Source of the DNA: Sphagnum compactum
Lineage: Eukaryota
NCBI GenBank assembly: GCA_965153455.1
Contig: OZ234493.1
Location: 24,852,213 to 24,916,212, forward strand
DNA: 64,000 nt
Reading direction: 5' to 3'
Below, piece after piece: positions 28,601 through 42,412 of this stretch. Within the stretch, counting starts at the first letter, position 1. Each line of letters starts with the position of its first letter. A model generated the notes under the pieces. It saw nothing but the letters and a program-made list of their open reading frames with translations, made no database searches and was not told the DNA's origin. The translations under genes were made by a program, and so were the position numbers.

Positions 28601-30152
28601 AAAAAAACTGAAAAATAAAAGAAACATAATACTACTATGGACACATGAAAATTTGGGCCAATTCAAATTACTTAACAATTCCTTAGTATATGGTGGTTAA
28701 GCTTTTCAACTAAGTGTTCTTTAAATCATAACATTTGACATATTGAGTCACTTCAAATCATTTGGAATGAAATTATATGTCAAATTCACACATTTGCTTA
28801 AAGTTCCAACAAGGATACCAAACTCCAACTTTAAAGGTCCATTGGGATAAGTGAATTTTTTTGGTAAAAGAATAATTAAACTTTTTTTTCATAATCAAGT
28901 TGATAATCTAAAACCAAGTCCCCATTAACAAAATGAAGAATATGTTTTTTGCTGTGAGAATCTCAAATAAGATGGGTATTGGAAAAACTTTTAAAAATCA
29001 CAAAAGTGAGCCACTCATCCATGCATCTATCTTAGAACTAGTTATTGGATTGGACCTAGATCACATTAAAAATCAAACCAATTTTAGACAAAACTTAAGT
29101 GTTTCATGGATATCAAGGTCAAACCAAAATAGTGATTATCATTCAATGAAACATCCAACCAAAAAAAACATTCTCTAAACTAGAAATCTTCCTTTTAGAT
29201 TTGATAATGGTAGATACAAGTGGGGTTCAACAAAGTTTCTTCATTCATATACAATTAAACAAGGATGTGTTATTCTCAATCCCATAATAAAATTACATAG
29301 GAACATTTTTGACAAATGACATGGCCAATCATTCCCAACATACATGCCAATTAAATGGTGAAAATTTCAGCTTCCAGAGTGCCCACAAAAATATGCAAAG
29401 TTCTTATGGTCAATGTATCATGTTCCTATAGTTGTGAATGCTTGATGCCACAAGTTATCCTCTAATGTTTTAGAACTTTGTCCTTGCTACGATGCACAAC
29501 TCTTAAAAACCCAACTCCTTTGTTTTTTGAATGTGAATATGCACTCAAGGAGTGACCTTGGTTGTAATTGCTTAGTCTTGGTAGAGGCTATGCTCTATTT
29601 TTGTTTATAGATGGAATAAAACTTCCATTTGAATAAAAGAATTAAAAAATTGGCCACCCTTGAAATGATCCCATATTTCTTTTATGTTAAAAAATTGTTG
29701 CCTTCTAATCCCACCAATCTATGGGTCTACATATTTGGGTGAATGCCAACTTTATGGTGTTTAGGAATTATGTAATATGGAATGTGTCAAGTATAGGCCA
29801 TTGTGTTAGGTGAGGTGCATATCAAGAATTTAAGTGAGCTTGAACATTAGGTGAGTCAAATTTTTTGAATGAACAATGAAATGGCCACAATGGTTTGTAG
29901 TCTATACATGGCACATCCCATCACATGCCTTATGCTAGGGTTAGTTTCATCATTAAATAATCCTTAAAACAATGCAATGATTTTTTGTGAAATATGAAAC
30001 TTAGGTGTTGAAAACCATCATAATTTCACATATGAATAACTCACTTTTCATATGATGATAAAATAATGAGATTATGGAAATGTAATAAACTAAAATGAAT
30101 TTTGAAAAAAATAATTATTCATTTTGTCATTGTCCAAGTTCCCAATTAGGCC

Positions 30153-30240
30153 AATGTTTTATGTGTATGATAATGTTCTTGAAATGTTCTTGCCCATATT
30201 CATAAATAAGAGGTGAACATTATCATACACATAAAACATT
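30153..30240. repeat. Perfect 26-bp inverted repeat with 36-nt spacer
   Basis: AATGTTTTATGTGTATGATAATGTTC (30153-30178) / GAACATTATCATACACATAAAACATT (30215-30240). Confidence 0.9.
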
Positions 30241-33200
30241 CCCATGGGTGGGGACATTTCGAGAATGTGAATTGCACTTGACTATTGATTCATTCTAGCC
30301 CTTTATTTTAGGAACACTTGTGTCATAGGATTTTACCAAGTACATTGAATTGAAGGTTAAAATGATCATTAAATCACTACTAGATGCATTAGAATCAAGA
30401 TAAATAGAAAGAGCAACTCCACCAATGCTTAGTATGTGGCATTACAAAATAGTGATAATGTTCAAAATCAATTATTTACTTATTTCTAACTTCACCAATA
30501 AAATCTAAAATTGCATTGCAAACATGTGAAAAACATATAATAACAACCCATTCAGACCAATCAAACTATATATCTAGCTAATCAACAAGTGTTAGGTAGA
30601 ACACTTAGACCAATCAAATTATTTAACCAATTGATAGTTGTAGGTTTTGTTGTGCCTTTTACTAGTTTCAACATCGTGTGAAAAGATATTGGGTGAAAAC
30701 CATTTTGCTGAGCAAAACTAACATGTTTTGCCATCCAATTTTTTTTCTTGGACCACTTATGGAGTTATTTTAAAACATGCCGAACAATAAAGGACATTTG
30801 AGCTCTATTAGCATTTAACACATCCAACTTACAATGTAAATTCCCCCCCCACCCCCCAAACCTAAAAAAATGAATTGTACAAAATGATTGATTATTTAAA
30901 TTTCACCACTTGGGCTAATCATTATAGTTGACTAATAAAAGCTACTATTGGCACTTTTGGAGGGCCCTACTAACATGTGCACTTTTACCAACCCAACCAA
31001 TGTAACAATGTTTAACTAAAATTCTTCATTGAAAAAACATTATACATGACATTTTATTGCAACCGTTGGGCATGCTCTAAAGGAGTTGATATGTGAATCA
31101 ATTAGTCAAAGTTGTGGAACATTTAAAAAGACTTTTAAATCCTAAGAACATCAATGACATCACACAATGATAAACTACAACTTTACATTAAATTAACTTA
31201 GTGTTTGTTGTTCAATGTCCCCATTTGCAAACTTCCAAAAAATCATTTCAAACAATGAAAAACCATTTGCACCTTTACATTTTGACTAATATTGGTGCTC
31301 AACCAAATTCACAATAGGAAAATATCTTTAGAGGTGTTAAAATGACCATGGCATTTTTGATACTGATTACTAGAAAGTATCAGGATTTATGTTATCATGT
31401 TACAAGATTTAATGAAAAGGGTCTTTACCATTGTGAGGTGGAAATGCTAAATAAGGGCAATTTGAATTAGGAACTATGTTAAAGCTTAAGGCTATTGTGA
31501 ATTGGAAACTATGTTGCCATTGCTCTAGTTGTTCGAAAGTGGGCGCCTTTTTCAAAATAATATAAATTCAGAGAATGAAAAGACATTCTTTAATCACATT
31601 TGAACAACAAATGTTTTGTGGTAGATAAAGTTTTCGACAAAACTTTGACCTTGTTTAAAAACTTGTAAGACTTTTATTTATTTTTTTATTTTTGGTGATA
31701 TCCACCAATTACCCACCATGTATTGTGGGAACAAAAATAAAGCAAACATTTTGGAAAACATTTAATGGCCACTCAAGTACTTGCTATTTGTGGAGGAATA
31801 ATTACAAGTTATGAGGTGCCCTCCAACTACAATACAAAAATCCCACAAGATATTTATGTTTAGGGTAATCCACACATGTGGGACACTTGTGGCATTACCA
31901 AAATAAGTTAATTAGGACAAGGTTTTAATTTTAATTTTTTTTTGGGAAGAGTTTGCATCATGGTGACAATAAAAAATGTCCTTTCAAAGCTTACAAAAGG
32001 TTTTTATAAAAAATTTGCAAAATCAACATATTTTGAAAAAAACAAATTAGAAGTTGCCATATTTAAACAATGAGTTTTTGGAGGTTGTTAAAACAAAGTA
32101 AAAATTAAAAATATATATACTTTCATGTTTGACCCATAGCTAAATTTGGCACATTCCTCTTTTGGATATTTGTTAGTCCACCTACTTAATAGAATTGAAA
32201 AACAAAACTTGGTTGTAGCCAATGTTGTATTGGTATGTTCCTTTTTCATATATTAGTTGAGTATTAATATTAAGTACTTTCATACCAACCTAGTAATCAT
32301 ATTGATTCATTCTTAACATCTTCAGATCATTTTAGTCCTGATATTGGTCCCAAGGTTGATTTTGGTATGGTATGAGATACATATAAACCAATGTTGGGCG
32401 GTTTTCACTTTTTGTGAGAATTTCCAATCCAACTTTTACATAAGTTTATGTGAATTAGCCTGATTCTTAAATTTCTTTTTGACATTGACCAATGTATCAT
32501 GATTTTTTTAAAAAAAAAGATGATTATTAGAAATGTTAATTTCTACAAATGTAATAATAGTCAATTTTCTCATCCTCTTTTCCCAATTTGGATCTATCAA
32601 ATTTCATTAATTTGTTTTTTGGCATCTCAAGTTAGGAAATTTTTGAGAACGAAAAATAAATTGGAAATTCATGAATTTTTTTGTAATATTTTTTCTATCC
32701 AAAAATTATATTTCCATAATTGCATCCCTTTCAAAAGCTTTCTAACTAAGAAACTAAAGAAAATTTATGAAGAAAGTTTTTCAAGTTGGAATTCAAAAAC
32801 TATAGGTCGATTTCATTAGGTATTCACGTTTCCTTGGGGAAAGATTAGAGTCAACACAAACTTTATTCCACTTTTGTCTGCCTTTCCTTGAATTCTTAAG
32901 CCAAGTTATACACTTTTATAAATCTTTTTGTGATATTTAAATAAATATATAATTCAAGCAAATTTTTATATCCATTGTAGCATATTGGTAGGTTTAAAAA
33001 AATCCATGGCCAATAATATGTTATAAGTTACAACAAATTTTAAAACAATACTCATAAAATTTATGTAAGACCCTTCATCATTCACATATTAACAACAATT
33101 TTCTTACTCTTGAATATACTTTCCTAACAATTTTGTAATTATAATTTTGGTCAAAATTGTCCAATAATATTTATGGCTTCAAAAGGTCCAATGGTAATAT

Positions 33201-36200
33201 GTTATGGTTGCTATTTTTAGGTTTCAAATTAGGATTAGATTATTGTAACAAAGAATGCATTGCATGGTTCGAGGACACGAAACACTAACATCCTTATTGT
33301 CAATAGCCCAACACAATGCCTTCTTGTTATGTGGCTTCCAATATTTTTTTTGAACATATAAAATTTTAAGCTTTATTTTCATTATCTCTTCTTGCCCTTC
33401 TAGAGTAATGTTTATAAAAGACTTGGATGATCTTTATATTGTTCTTTCAATGATTCTTTTTCCATTATAACTTCATCCATGAATATATCACATGCATTGT
33501 CACTTAATTTGAAAATTTTGAAAAGACTATTCCATTTTCAATTTTCACAAAAGAATGCTACTTGAGTAACACAACAAATAACGACTTTATGATCCACCAA
33601 AACATTACCAAAACTCAATGTGCAAGAATTTCCAAAATAAAGTATTCACATTTTTCTCTTCTTGTCAATGAAGATAGTTTATGAAATGGGAATGTAAAAA
33701 TTGTTGAAGCATAGATCCTGCCCAATATATATATATATATAGAACTTGAAACTTTATGAAGGAAAACCACAAGAGAAAAAAAAACAAAAAACATAGAAGG
33801 AATAAGGAACAACAAAAGATAATAAATTGAAACAAAAAAAAACTTACTTAAACAATGAAGCTTGTTACTTGAGTGCAAACTTGAACAACTCCAAATTTAT
33901 TTTACACATGGCAAAAAGGGAGGGGGTAGTATTAACATAGGGCACATAATATCAATAATGACGCTTGAAGGAATATCAACAATGACAAACTAAAAAAGAA
34001 CATAGGTGTTAAGTTTAATGCACCAAAAGGTGCTCAAAACAATGTTGTGGGCATGAAGCAATACATAAAGTTCAAAGGGTGACGATAATGTTGAATTTGA
34101 AAGAATAATAATATCATGAAGTTCAAAGGAGAAAAAATGGTGATGAAAACAACCTAAAGTTTGAAAATGCAACAACAATGATGGAAGAAATAGTAATGAT
34201 AAAACAACAACGAAATAATATTACTATTGGAGGGGGAGTAGTGGCAAAGTAGTAACAACATGGATTGGAGTAACAATGGAGCTTGAAGCTTAAAGAAGTG
34301 ACAATGATGGAGCTTGAAGAAACATAAACCAACTAATAAATTTGAAAAAAAAAATCCAAAAAAAAAGAGGAAAAATCCAAATTTTAAAATCGTTAACCTT
34401 AAACTTCAAATTCAAAACCACAAAGCAAACGTAAAAAAGGGAGAGAAAAAATGAACAAAAAAATGGAGAGGAGAGAAGTGAGGCACTTTATGTTTAGGGA
34501 GGTAGACAATTGTTACAATCACCACCAAGAACTCTAATCCCTTGCTACCCATGCTATTCTTTAGATTCTTTTTAGAACTTTAAAACCTAAAATTCTAAAA
34601 CTAAAAGCCCATGAATTGGACCTAAGTTCAACCCTTATGGCACTTGAGTTTCATAATTTGATATGAAATTGGTTTTTAGAGTTAGCTTTTCATGATATAG
34701 AAAACTAATGGGTTGGTTTTTAGTATATTGGTATCACATAATGTGATATCGGTTTTCATTGTGAAAATTAATTTAAGAAGCAATCAAATAACTAGAAGGT
34801 TGTCTACTACCCATCCAACATTAATATAAACATGATATTATAAAACTAATATGAGGCATATATTATATCATCTCCTAAACACATTTCCATTGCAATATCT
34901 TATTAGGCCCATCAATGGCATTTTGAATTTTTTTTACTAGTGAGCACTTCATGACAGCCCCATTATCAACAATTTTTTTGTTGATCTCACCTTTTTGGGC
35001 TCCTCATTTTTATAATGATGTGCTCTTTGTGATTGTCACCAAAAGCCATGTTACATTTTTTTGGGGGGCATGTTCTTGTCCTTAACCAAAAGTTTGTTAA
35101 ATTATTTTTGTTGATGTGATGCACAAAGGAACAAAGAACATGATTTCATTTTTGGTTGCAACTCATGAACAAACCTGTTGATATATATATATATATATAT
35201 GTTACAACACACAAAGGAACAAAAGAGGTTAATTTTTTTTGTTTTGTTGGTGCAATTCATGAAGCTGCATTGTCAAGCTTTCCACTTTGCACATTAAGTA
35301 AGTTTGCACATCATCAAACTTTAAGAAAGAAATGCAAAAGAGGTATTACATAATAATTGTTGACTAGGTAAAAAAGGAATGATTGGAATTGGTTAATGAT
35401 GGTCTTTTTCTTACAAAACCAAGATTGTTTCAACAATGATCAAAGATTTTCTCTTGGCATGTTTTGTGTGTGTTTTTTTTGGTGCATGTCTCTTTGTTTT
35501 GTACTTTGGCTACTTCATATTTTACAAGCCTTATGGTGGATTGTAGTTAGTAATTTCCCTTTTGTTTTTGTAGATTGTTGTTGGTATATGCATTTTGTAT
35601 TTTGTGTTGCAATATTATGCAAGAACAAAGTTGGTGATGCGGTTAGGTACTTGTAAATTTTCTAGTCCTTGGAAGGCTTGGATCTTGATTCTTCATTGCG
35701 AAGGAGATTGTTTTGGTGGGTTATCAATGCCTTGTGCGTGGTGGGGGCACATGTGGCCAAGTCACATTTGACGTGTAAGTGAGTCGACAACTTGTGTTTA
35801 TTGTGGTGGAGATGCGTTTAATCCTTATCAATTTCCTATTGGTATAAGGTTTGATGTTGCCTTAGATGATATTAGATTGGAATGTTCTTTTATACCAATA
35901 TACATGCCAATATTATATACCATAGTTTCTCCTTATAAATCAATACAACATTGGTAATTGTAACAATCGTATTGTGTTGAGCCCTAGGTTATGGTTTTGT
36001 CTTCAACCTTTGTGGTGCAAGAGACCTTTAGTAGGTGTGGGGTGACTCCTCTTTATGAGGAAACGTTAGCCACAAATCTAAGGCGCTTTTTTGCTCTTCA
36101 AATGCACTTGGAAATTTGGTGGAGTTCCTTTACAAATGAACAAAAGTGCAATTTTTTATGTTCAAAAGCAAGTTGAACGAACATGAGCTCCATTGATCAA

Positions 36201-37959
36201 AAGAGGAAAAAACATATTTCAAAAAGGAAGCTTACACAACTTCCATTTTAAAAGGTTGACACACACTTGGGTCCTTATCTAGTTAATTATCATAAACACA
36301 TAATCCATGGATTAAGAGGGTATTGTGCTATCACAAGTTCTTGGCCTAACAAATACAATTTGCACATCTTATCTTGCAACGTAATTGGAACCCAACATAA
36401 AACAAGTTGGCAAGAGGAGGTTTTCTAGTTTTATATTCCATCCAAATGCCTTTTTTCTTATAAGTGAAATTGAAAAATAAAATAAATTAAAGGTGGGACA
36501 CAATATCCAACCCAAAAAAAATTCTAATTTCGATTGTGATGCAAAGTTAAAAGTTGTGACAACTCCTATTTCATAGTGGACTAGACGACCTTTGTTTTAA
36601 TATCATTTGGAATTTGGGTCTTTTACAAGTGGGAATAAATTAAATATTCCAATGAACTACTACCGTATCATTTTGTAATTTTATTGAATTAAATTATTTA
36701 TGGTTGTTGCGTAATTTGCTATAACTCTATATTAAAATGTACTATGAAAAATTGCATTATATTATTATTTATGATGGATTTGACCATTTTGTGGTCCTTG
36801 TATTTATTTTGTGAATAGGAAACACCTGCTTCTTGTTCAAAGTAATTCTGGCTTTGGATGTGAATTGGGGGTCTCGTTCTAGGGCCGGTTCTACATGGGG
36901 AACACTGTGAGAGACCCTTAGCCCGGTACGGGAACCTGTGTTTCATAAGGTCCCAAATTGTAAGGGTCTCTGGACTCTCTACCATTGTTTCAGAGTAATG
37001 AAAATTGAGGAGTATAATTATTTTATAATTGAAAAAATAAATTTGCTGTACTTTCCGGAGGGAAAGGTTCTGGATATAGGACCTTTTGAAATTTTGACCC
37101 CTCCCTTTGGCCTACTTGAGCCTTGGGACAAGACCTCAAATCCAAAAGGCCCTATATTTGGAACCTTCTCCTATACATAGCCGGGTGTGGGGGTCCTATT
37201 CAAGGCACTTTTTCCGCCGTTTTCTTAGTAAGGACACGCAGCCACCTGCACTTTTAGGGCACTTGTAAGGTGCCCTAAATTTTAGTGACAAATAATTGGA
37301 ACTAGTATATGGGGGATCTTTTGGAATCCTTTGTACCATCATCCATGAACCATTCCAAAGACAATTTCATAAATAATTATCTCATTTTCAAGCCTAAACC
37401 ACTTAATTTCTTTCTTAATAATTACCTTTTTCTTATTAACTATTTTAATAACTATCTCCCACCTTTCTTAATGACTACCTTCATTTTATAATTACCTCAC
37501 TTTATTTTTTCCCCTATCCACCAACATGGGTATTAAAAAAAAAATTAACACATATCTTTTCATGTCCATGAAATGTATATTAATTTATATTAAATTTTAC
37601 ATTGACATAAATAATGATGAGTTATGAAAAACCATATGAAAACATAAGAGCTTATTGTAGAAAAATCTGGCAATTTGAAAATTTTTTTTCCTTTGAAATT
37701 TTGCGAATTCAGATCATTTTTTTTCCATGAAAAATCCTTTGTATTGGTTGAATTTACATTTTTCAGGTCGAAGTTTTGCAACAATTCGCCAATAAAAAAA
37801 CAACACTGCAAGTTCTGTGTAGGGTAAAGCTCCTGGGCATTCCCCAAAATAAGTGGCCTCGAGGCCAAAGGCCGAGAGTTGGTTACTTTGGGAATGCATC
37901 CACCCCACCCCACCCCACGGCTTTACCTGATGTAAAAACCACCACAGTAAATTTTCAAA

Positions 37960-38072
37960 TTTTTATTGTGACACTCAGTGGGTACCAGATGGGTATCACA
38001 TGTTACAAATTTAATTTTTTTTGGGTACGTGGTGGATATGCTTCTGGTACCCACAGAGTATCACAGTAAAAA
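37960..38072. repeat. Inverted repeat, ~38-bp arms
   Basis: TTTTTATTGTGACACTCAGTGGGTACCAGATGGGTATC versus the reverse complement of GATATGCTTCTGGTACCCACAGAGTATCACAGTAAAAA. Confidence 0.85.
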
Positions 38073-39762
38073 AGTGTAAAAAATTTAACACAAATGCCTA
38101 ACACCCAGCAGAGGAGTTATTACACTTGGTAACATGCCCTCCCAATAGACCGGGAAATTCCTGCCAGGTTTTTACGAGAATTAAAAAGGCACGGTGAAAA
38201 CAATTAATTAGAAAATCAGCAGAATAATTCAGTAATTCAGTAATTTCCAAGTCACCTGATCAGCATAGGATTCCAAGGAGAGTAGGTACCTACTTACTTA
38301 GTAGGTACCTATCTATTTGAAAGAGCTACCGGGGTCTGCTATTGTGCTTCAAAAGCAAAAAAAAAAAGAAAGAACAATTTACTTTCCTATTTTCTGGAAA
38401 TGGACGAAGTGAAAATCCTTTAAGAAAAAAAAAAGGAGAAACAGAATCACTCAAATCAAGCATTCCTATTGGTGCAAAAGTTGAAATCAGCCTCATGGGC
38501 TTTTTTACACTAGGAGTCAAGACAGAAGTAGAAAAAAATCTTTTCAATCTGCCCCAAGTTACTATTCAATGCTGAACTTTATGGCCTTGTATTGGCCACA
38601 AGGCTAAAAAAGAATACCAATGAGCTTAGGAAGCCAATTTGCAACCCTTGTGAGCCAATGTTCCAGCGTTTATTAATATCCACATATCAATGTTTTTTAG
38701 CATTTATTAGTAACTTGGGGGGCCAAACAACAAGCCAAAAATGCTCAAAGTTGGCCCCAAGTTTTTTTTTTTCCAGCCCTGACTCCTAATCTAAAGTGGG
38801 CCCAAGAGACTGAGAATTTGGCCAACTCATAAAAACCTTTAAAAAAAATTCCCTACCTAGATACAATACTCGTCTGTCCTAATACCATAGTACCTGCACG
38901 ATTTCAGCATAAATTAAATTATTCTTCATTTTGTTGAATTTCTGAAAAATTATTTGTTGCTTTTGCTGAAAATTTTATAAAATAAAAAATTTATAAGATT
39001 TCGATTGTCAGGTTTGAACCGTAGATCATAAAGTTCAAGAACTTGAGACTCAGACAGTTTAGAGACATGAGACTGTCCCACAAAGTTTAAAAAAGTGTGT
39101 TTATTATTTTTTTCCAACCATTACGTTGCCAAAAAATTTCAGAATTAAAAAACCAAGTGCCAAAGTTAAGATTTAAAATTTAATTAATTATTCGGCAGTT
39201 TATTGCCAAATCCAATCAGGGAGGATGGTAACAGGTCGACTCGTACCCAGCTTTGGTTTTCAGTGGTGAAAGATAGTCGGTTTTCCTTCCACCTGGAATT
39301 GGGTCTGGGTACCGCTATAACAGAACTTTGCCATATTGCTCCATATCTGGCCTCCTCTTTGACCAGACTCAAGTATAATAAATACTGATTTGTGTTTTTA
39401 GGCCATGACACAGGTCGGTTCTAGCAGTGTTTTTTTTTTTTGGGGAAATTAAAAATTAAAAATTCAAATTTTTTGATGTCGACTAGGAAAATCTTGGCGA
39501 CTAGGAAAAAAAATTATCCCCCAATTTCTTTGTTGAGAAATGGCGAAATTTCTCCCGGGAAAAAAAAAAACTGAGCAGTTGCAAGTCTCAGGGCAGGCCT
39601 GTTATCTTGTATTTAAGGCCAGGGAATAGCTGGAAGAATTCGTGGGAATGCTGCACAATTGACAACTAGGCAGATTTGGCGTCCAAATCACCACCCAGGG
39701 GTCTTTGGAGAGAGCCTGAATTGGCCTAGTTGTGGCCTTTAATGTAAACGAGAGCAGGCCAT

Positions 39763-39864
39763 ATATGGCGGATTCTGCCAGGTAAGCACATCTTGAGCAT
39801 GGCCGTTGGCGATCTCATTGCATGGTCACCGAGGGCCATGCTTACTTGGCAGAATCTGCCATAT
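39763..39864 (+). other. GC-rich long hairpin (pre-miRNA-like or MITE fold-back)
   Basis: ATATGGCGGATTCTGCCAGGTAAGCA pairs with TGCTTACTTGGCAGAATCTGCCATAT; its two mismatches are G-U wobbles on the + strand. An 11-nt bulge and a further ~15-bp stem follow. Confidence 0.6.
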
Positions 39865-42289
39865 TTACCGGTGCTTTTGATGTTCAAGGCAGGAGACTTT
39901 TCACACCTGGTCAAGCATATATAGCATAATTATAGAGTTTAAAAAACTGCCTATAAATAAAGCAGCGCCTGACTTTTGCCTACATGTGAAAGTCAGGCTA
40001 TCACCGCATTACACAATGAAAACAAGGGTGGTTTGGCACACACTGTGGCCTTGCCATTCACATGAAAAAATATCTTAAGGCAAAAGAAGACTTATTATGG
40101 AAACTCAAATATTTCATTATGCAAAAATATAATCTTCAAAAAAATCCTCTAAAAGAAACCAAAATCCTTTAACATATTGTAACTCTGTAACTAATCTCAA
40201 GCCAAAATATCATCTTTCAGAAATCCTCATATAAAAATAGACCTATTACCTAAGGGCCAATATCCCTTAAGCTACTGTACTCTACATTGAATCTAAACAC
40301 AATATCCAAGGCAAGGCCAACAAAGTGGACAACTACATTTTTTTTTCTAATATCTTTGTACATTTTCCGAATCAGCCATGTGTTTTATAATTAAAGTTTT
40401 GTAGGGTTTTGATGAATAATGTAGTCCTGTCTCTAAATAGCTACCTTAGTAGCTAGTCTGGTTCAGCAACTTAGGCGTTTAATAATAATAATAATAATTA
40501 TCATTTGTGTTTGGTAGAACTTTTCTTTTATAATTCGACTTTATATTAAAGAATGAATCTAGTGTGTGGTTGAGAGTTTCTGTCAGAGTTTGGGATGCCC
40601 CAAGCAGGTATTATTTATTATTTTTGGTAATTTCAAAGACTAATAATTAGTGCATAACCAGGCTAGTTATTATTATGGTATTGCACATTGAATTGTTAGT
40701 TCATTACTAAAGATAATATTGAGAAAAAAAATTGAAACTACCAAATCTAACAATCCTATTGGCCTGAAAAAATATTCTTCAGGTCTACACACAAACATTG
40801 AAAATAATGATCCCTTTCTACCATTTCCATTGGTCTTTTAAATTTTAAAGGTCTCACATATGTAGCAAAACTTTATTAGGTACACATTTAACCATTAGTT
40901 CACTTGGGATAACTAAGAAAAAATAAAAATTCAGACCACCAAATTCAGCATTTTCATGTGTGATAATATTTTTTTCTGCACACCTACACACAAGCCTATT
41001 CAACACCCTGTGTACCCATATTGTTAGTACACGAATAATATTATAATTGATAACCCTTGTCTTCTATAGAGACAGGGTTAACAAGAATATATTTCATTAT
41101 GTATTTTCTGGAATTTTTAAAAAAGAATTTCTGTCCCACGAAGAGTGTATGACTTGAATTGGTACACCACTGCTTACTATTCGATTTCATAAATAGCCTT
41201 TAATTGGACTTAAGTCAATCGGCTTATTGGGGCCCATGCCTTGGCCCAAGCCCTTAGGTCAGAAGACAAGCCCTTACCACACACTAAAGACCTGGGAGCA
41301 CTTCCTGAAATGAAATCCTGTAATAAATAAAGCTGACCCAGGCATTACGTGTAATTTTTGCTTTCAGCAGAATATTTGGTGTAATACCCACTTAGCCCCT
41401 AAGTAGTGGGCAAGTGCACTTGATAATCAGCCTGTGATATTAGAGTTATCCGTAAAGTCATGCCCTGTTTGGGCCTGAGTTGCACCCCTCATTTTATGCT
41501 GCATAATTCATCGCCTGCTGGCTGTTATCTGCAAAGTCATGAAATTTGATTAAATAAGGGTATGAAATTCAGAGACTCAGGATTAAATGCATGAGGGTTT
41601 GGGACATTATAGCTAGAGTACACATAGGAGCAAGCAAGAGTGATTCGTTGAAGGCGTTCAGGAAAATAAAAAAAAAGAGAGGGGCGAACTCAGTTCAACA
41701 CCAAATTTGGGGCTAAACTGAGTTTCATACCCTGGTTGAAGCCCAGTGTAGTGTTTTGGCAAGTTTTTTGAAATCTCATCCTATGTGACTTTGAAAGAGG
41801 CAGTTCTGGGAATTTCAGGTCCCACATTCGGCTATGACCTTGTGCGGGGCCCTCATTCCCAGACCGGTCCAGCATCATCGGTCCTTATCTACTTACACTA
41901 AACACAATGCATCACGTAATAATAACATTTTGTGAAGGCAGGTGTTTTGTTTTTTGAAAAGCCCGCCCGCTTTTAAAATCTTTTTTCCCATTGGTATCAC
42001 AGGATTTAAAAAATGAAAAAAATAAAAAAACTGATGGCCATTTTGATGCTGTGTAAATTAAGCCCACTGACCGGGGCTTTACAGAAATTTGGGACTCCCT
42101 TGGCTCCCCTCCCGCCTCAGGGTCCTTAATCCCGGGTCCTACACATTTGATGTAGGGATTTTGGAATCGCCTTGGTGGGATTATCATTCCCTCCCTCCCT
42201 CCCTGTCCCACCCGCCTCTCGACCCGGCGCGGGCACGGGTACTCATCAGAACGGGCACGGAGCAGCACCCGGACAGGCGCAACAGTACA

Positions 42290-42368
42290 CACGCGAGACA
42301 CAAGAGTAACGTTGTTTGTTTGTTTGTCTTGTGTTGTGTGGTTCCGAGAGGGAGAGAAAAGGAGAGAC

Positions 42369-42412
<44 letters not shown>

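Noticed and set aside
369..36176. Short 60-107-aa ORFs across the AT-rich tract
   Set aside because: F/I/L/K/N-biased, with no motifs or coherent splice chains; expected by chance in decayed repeats.
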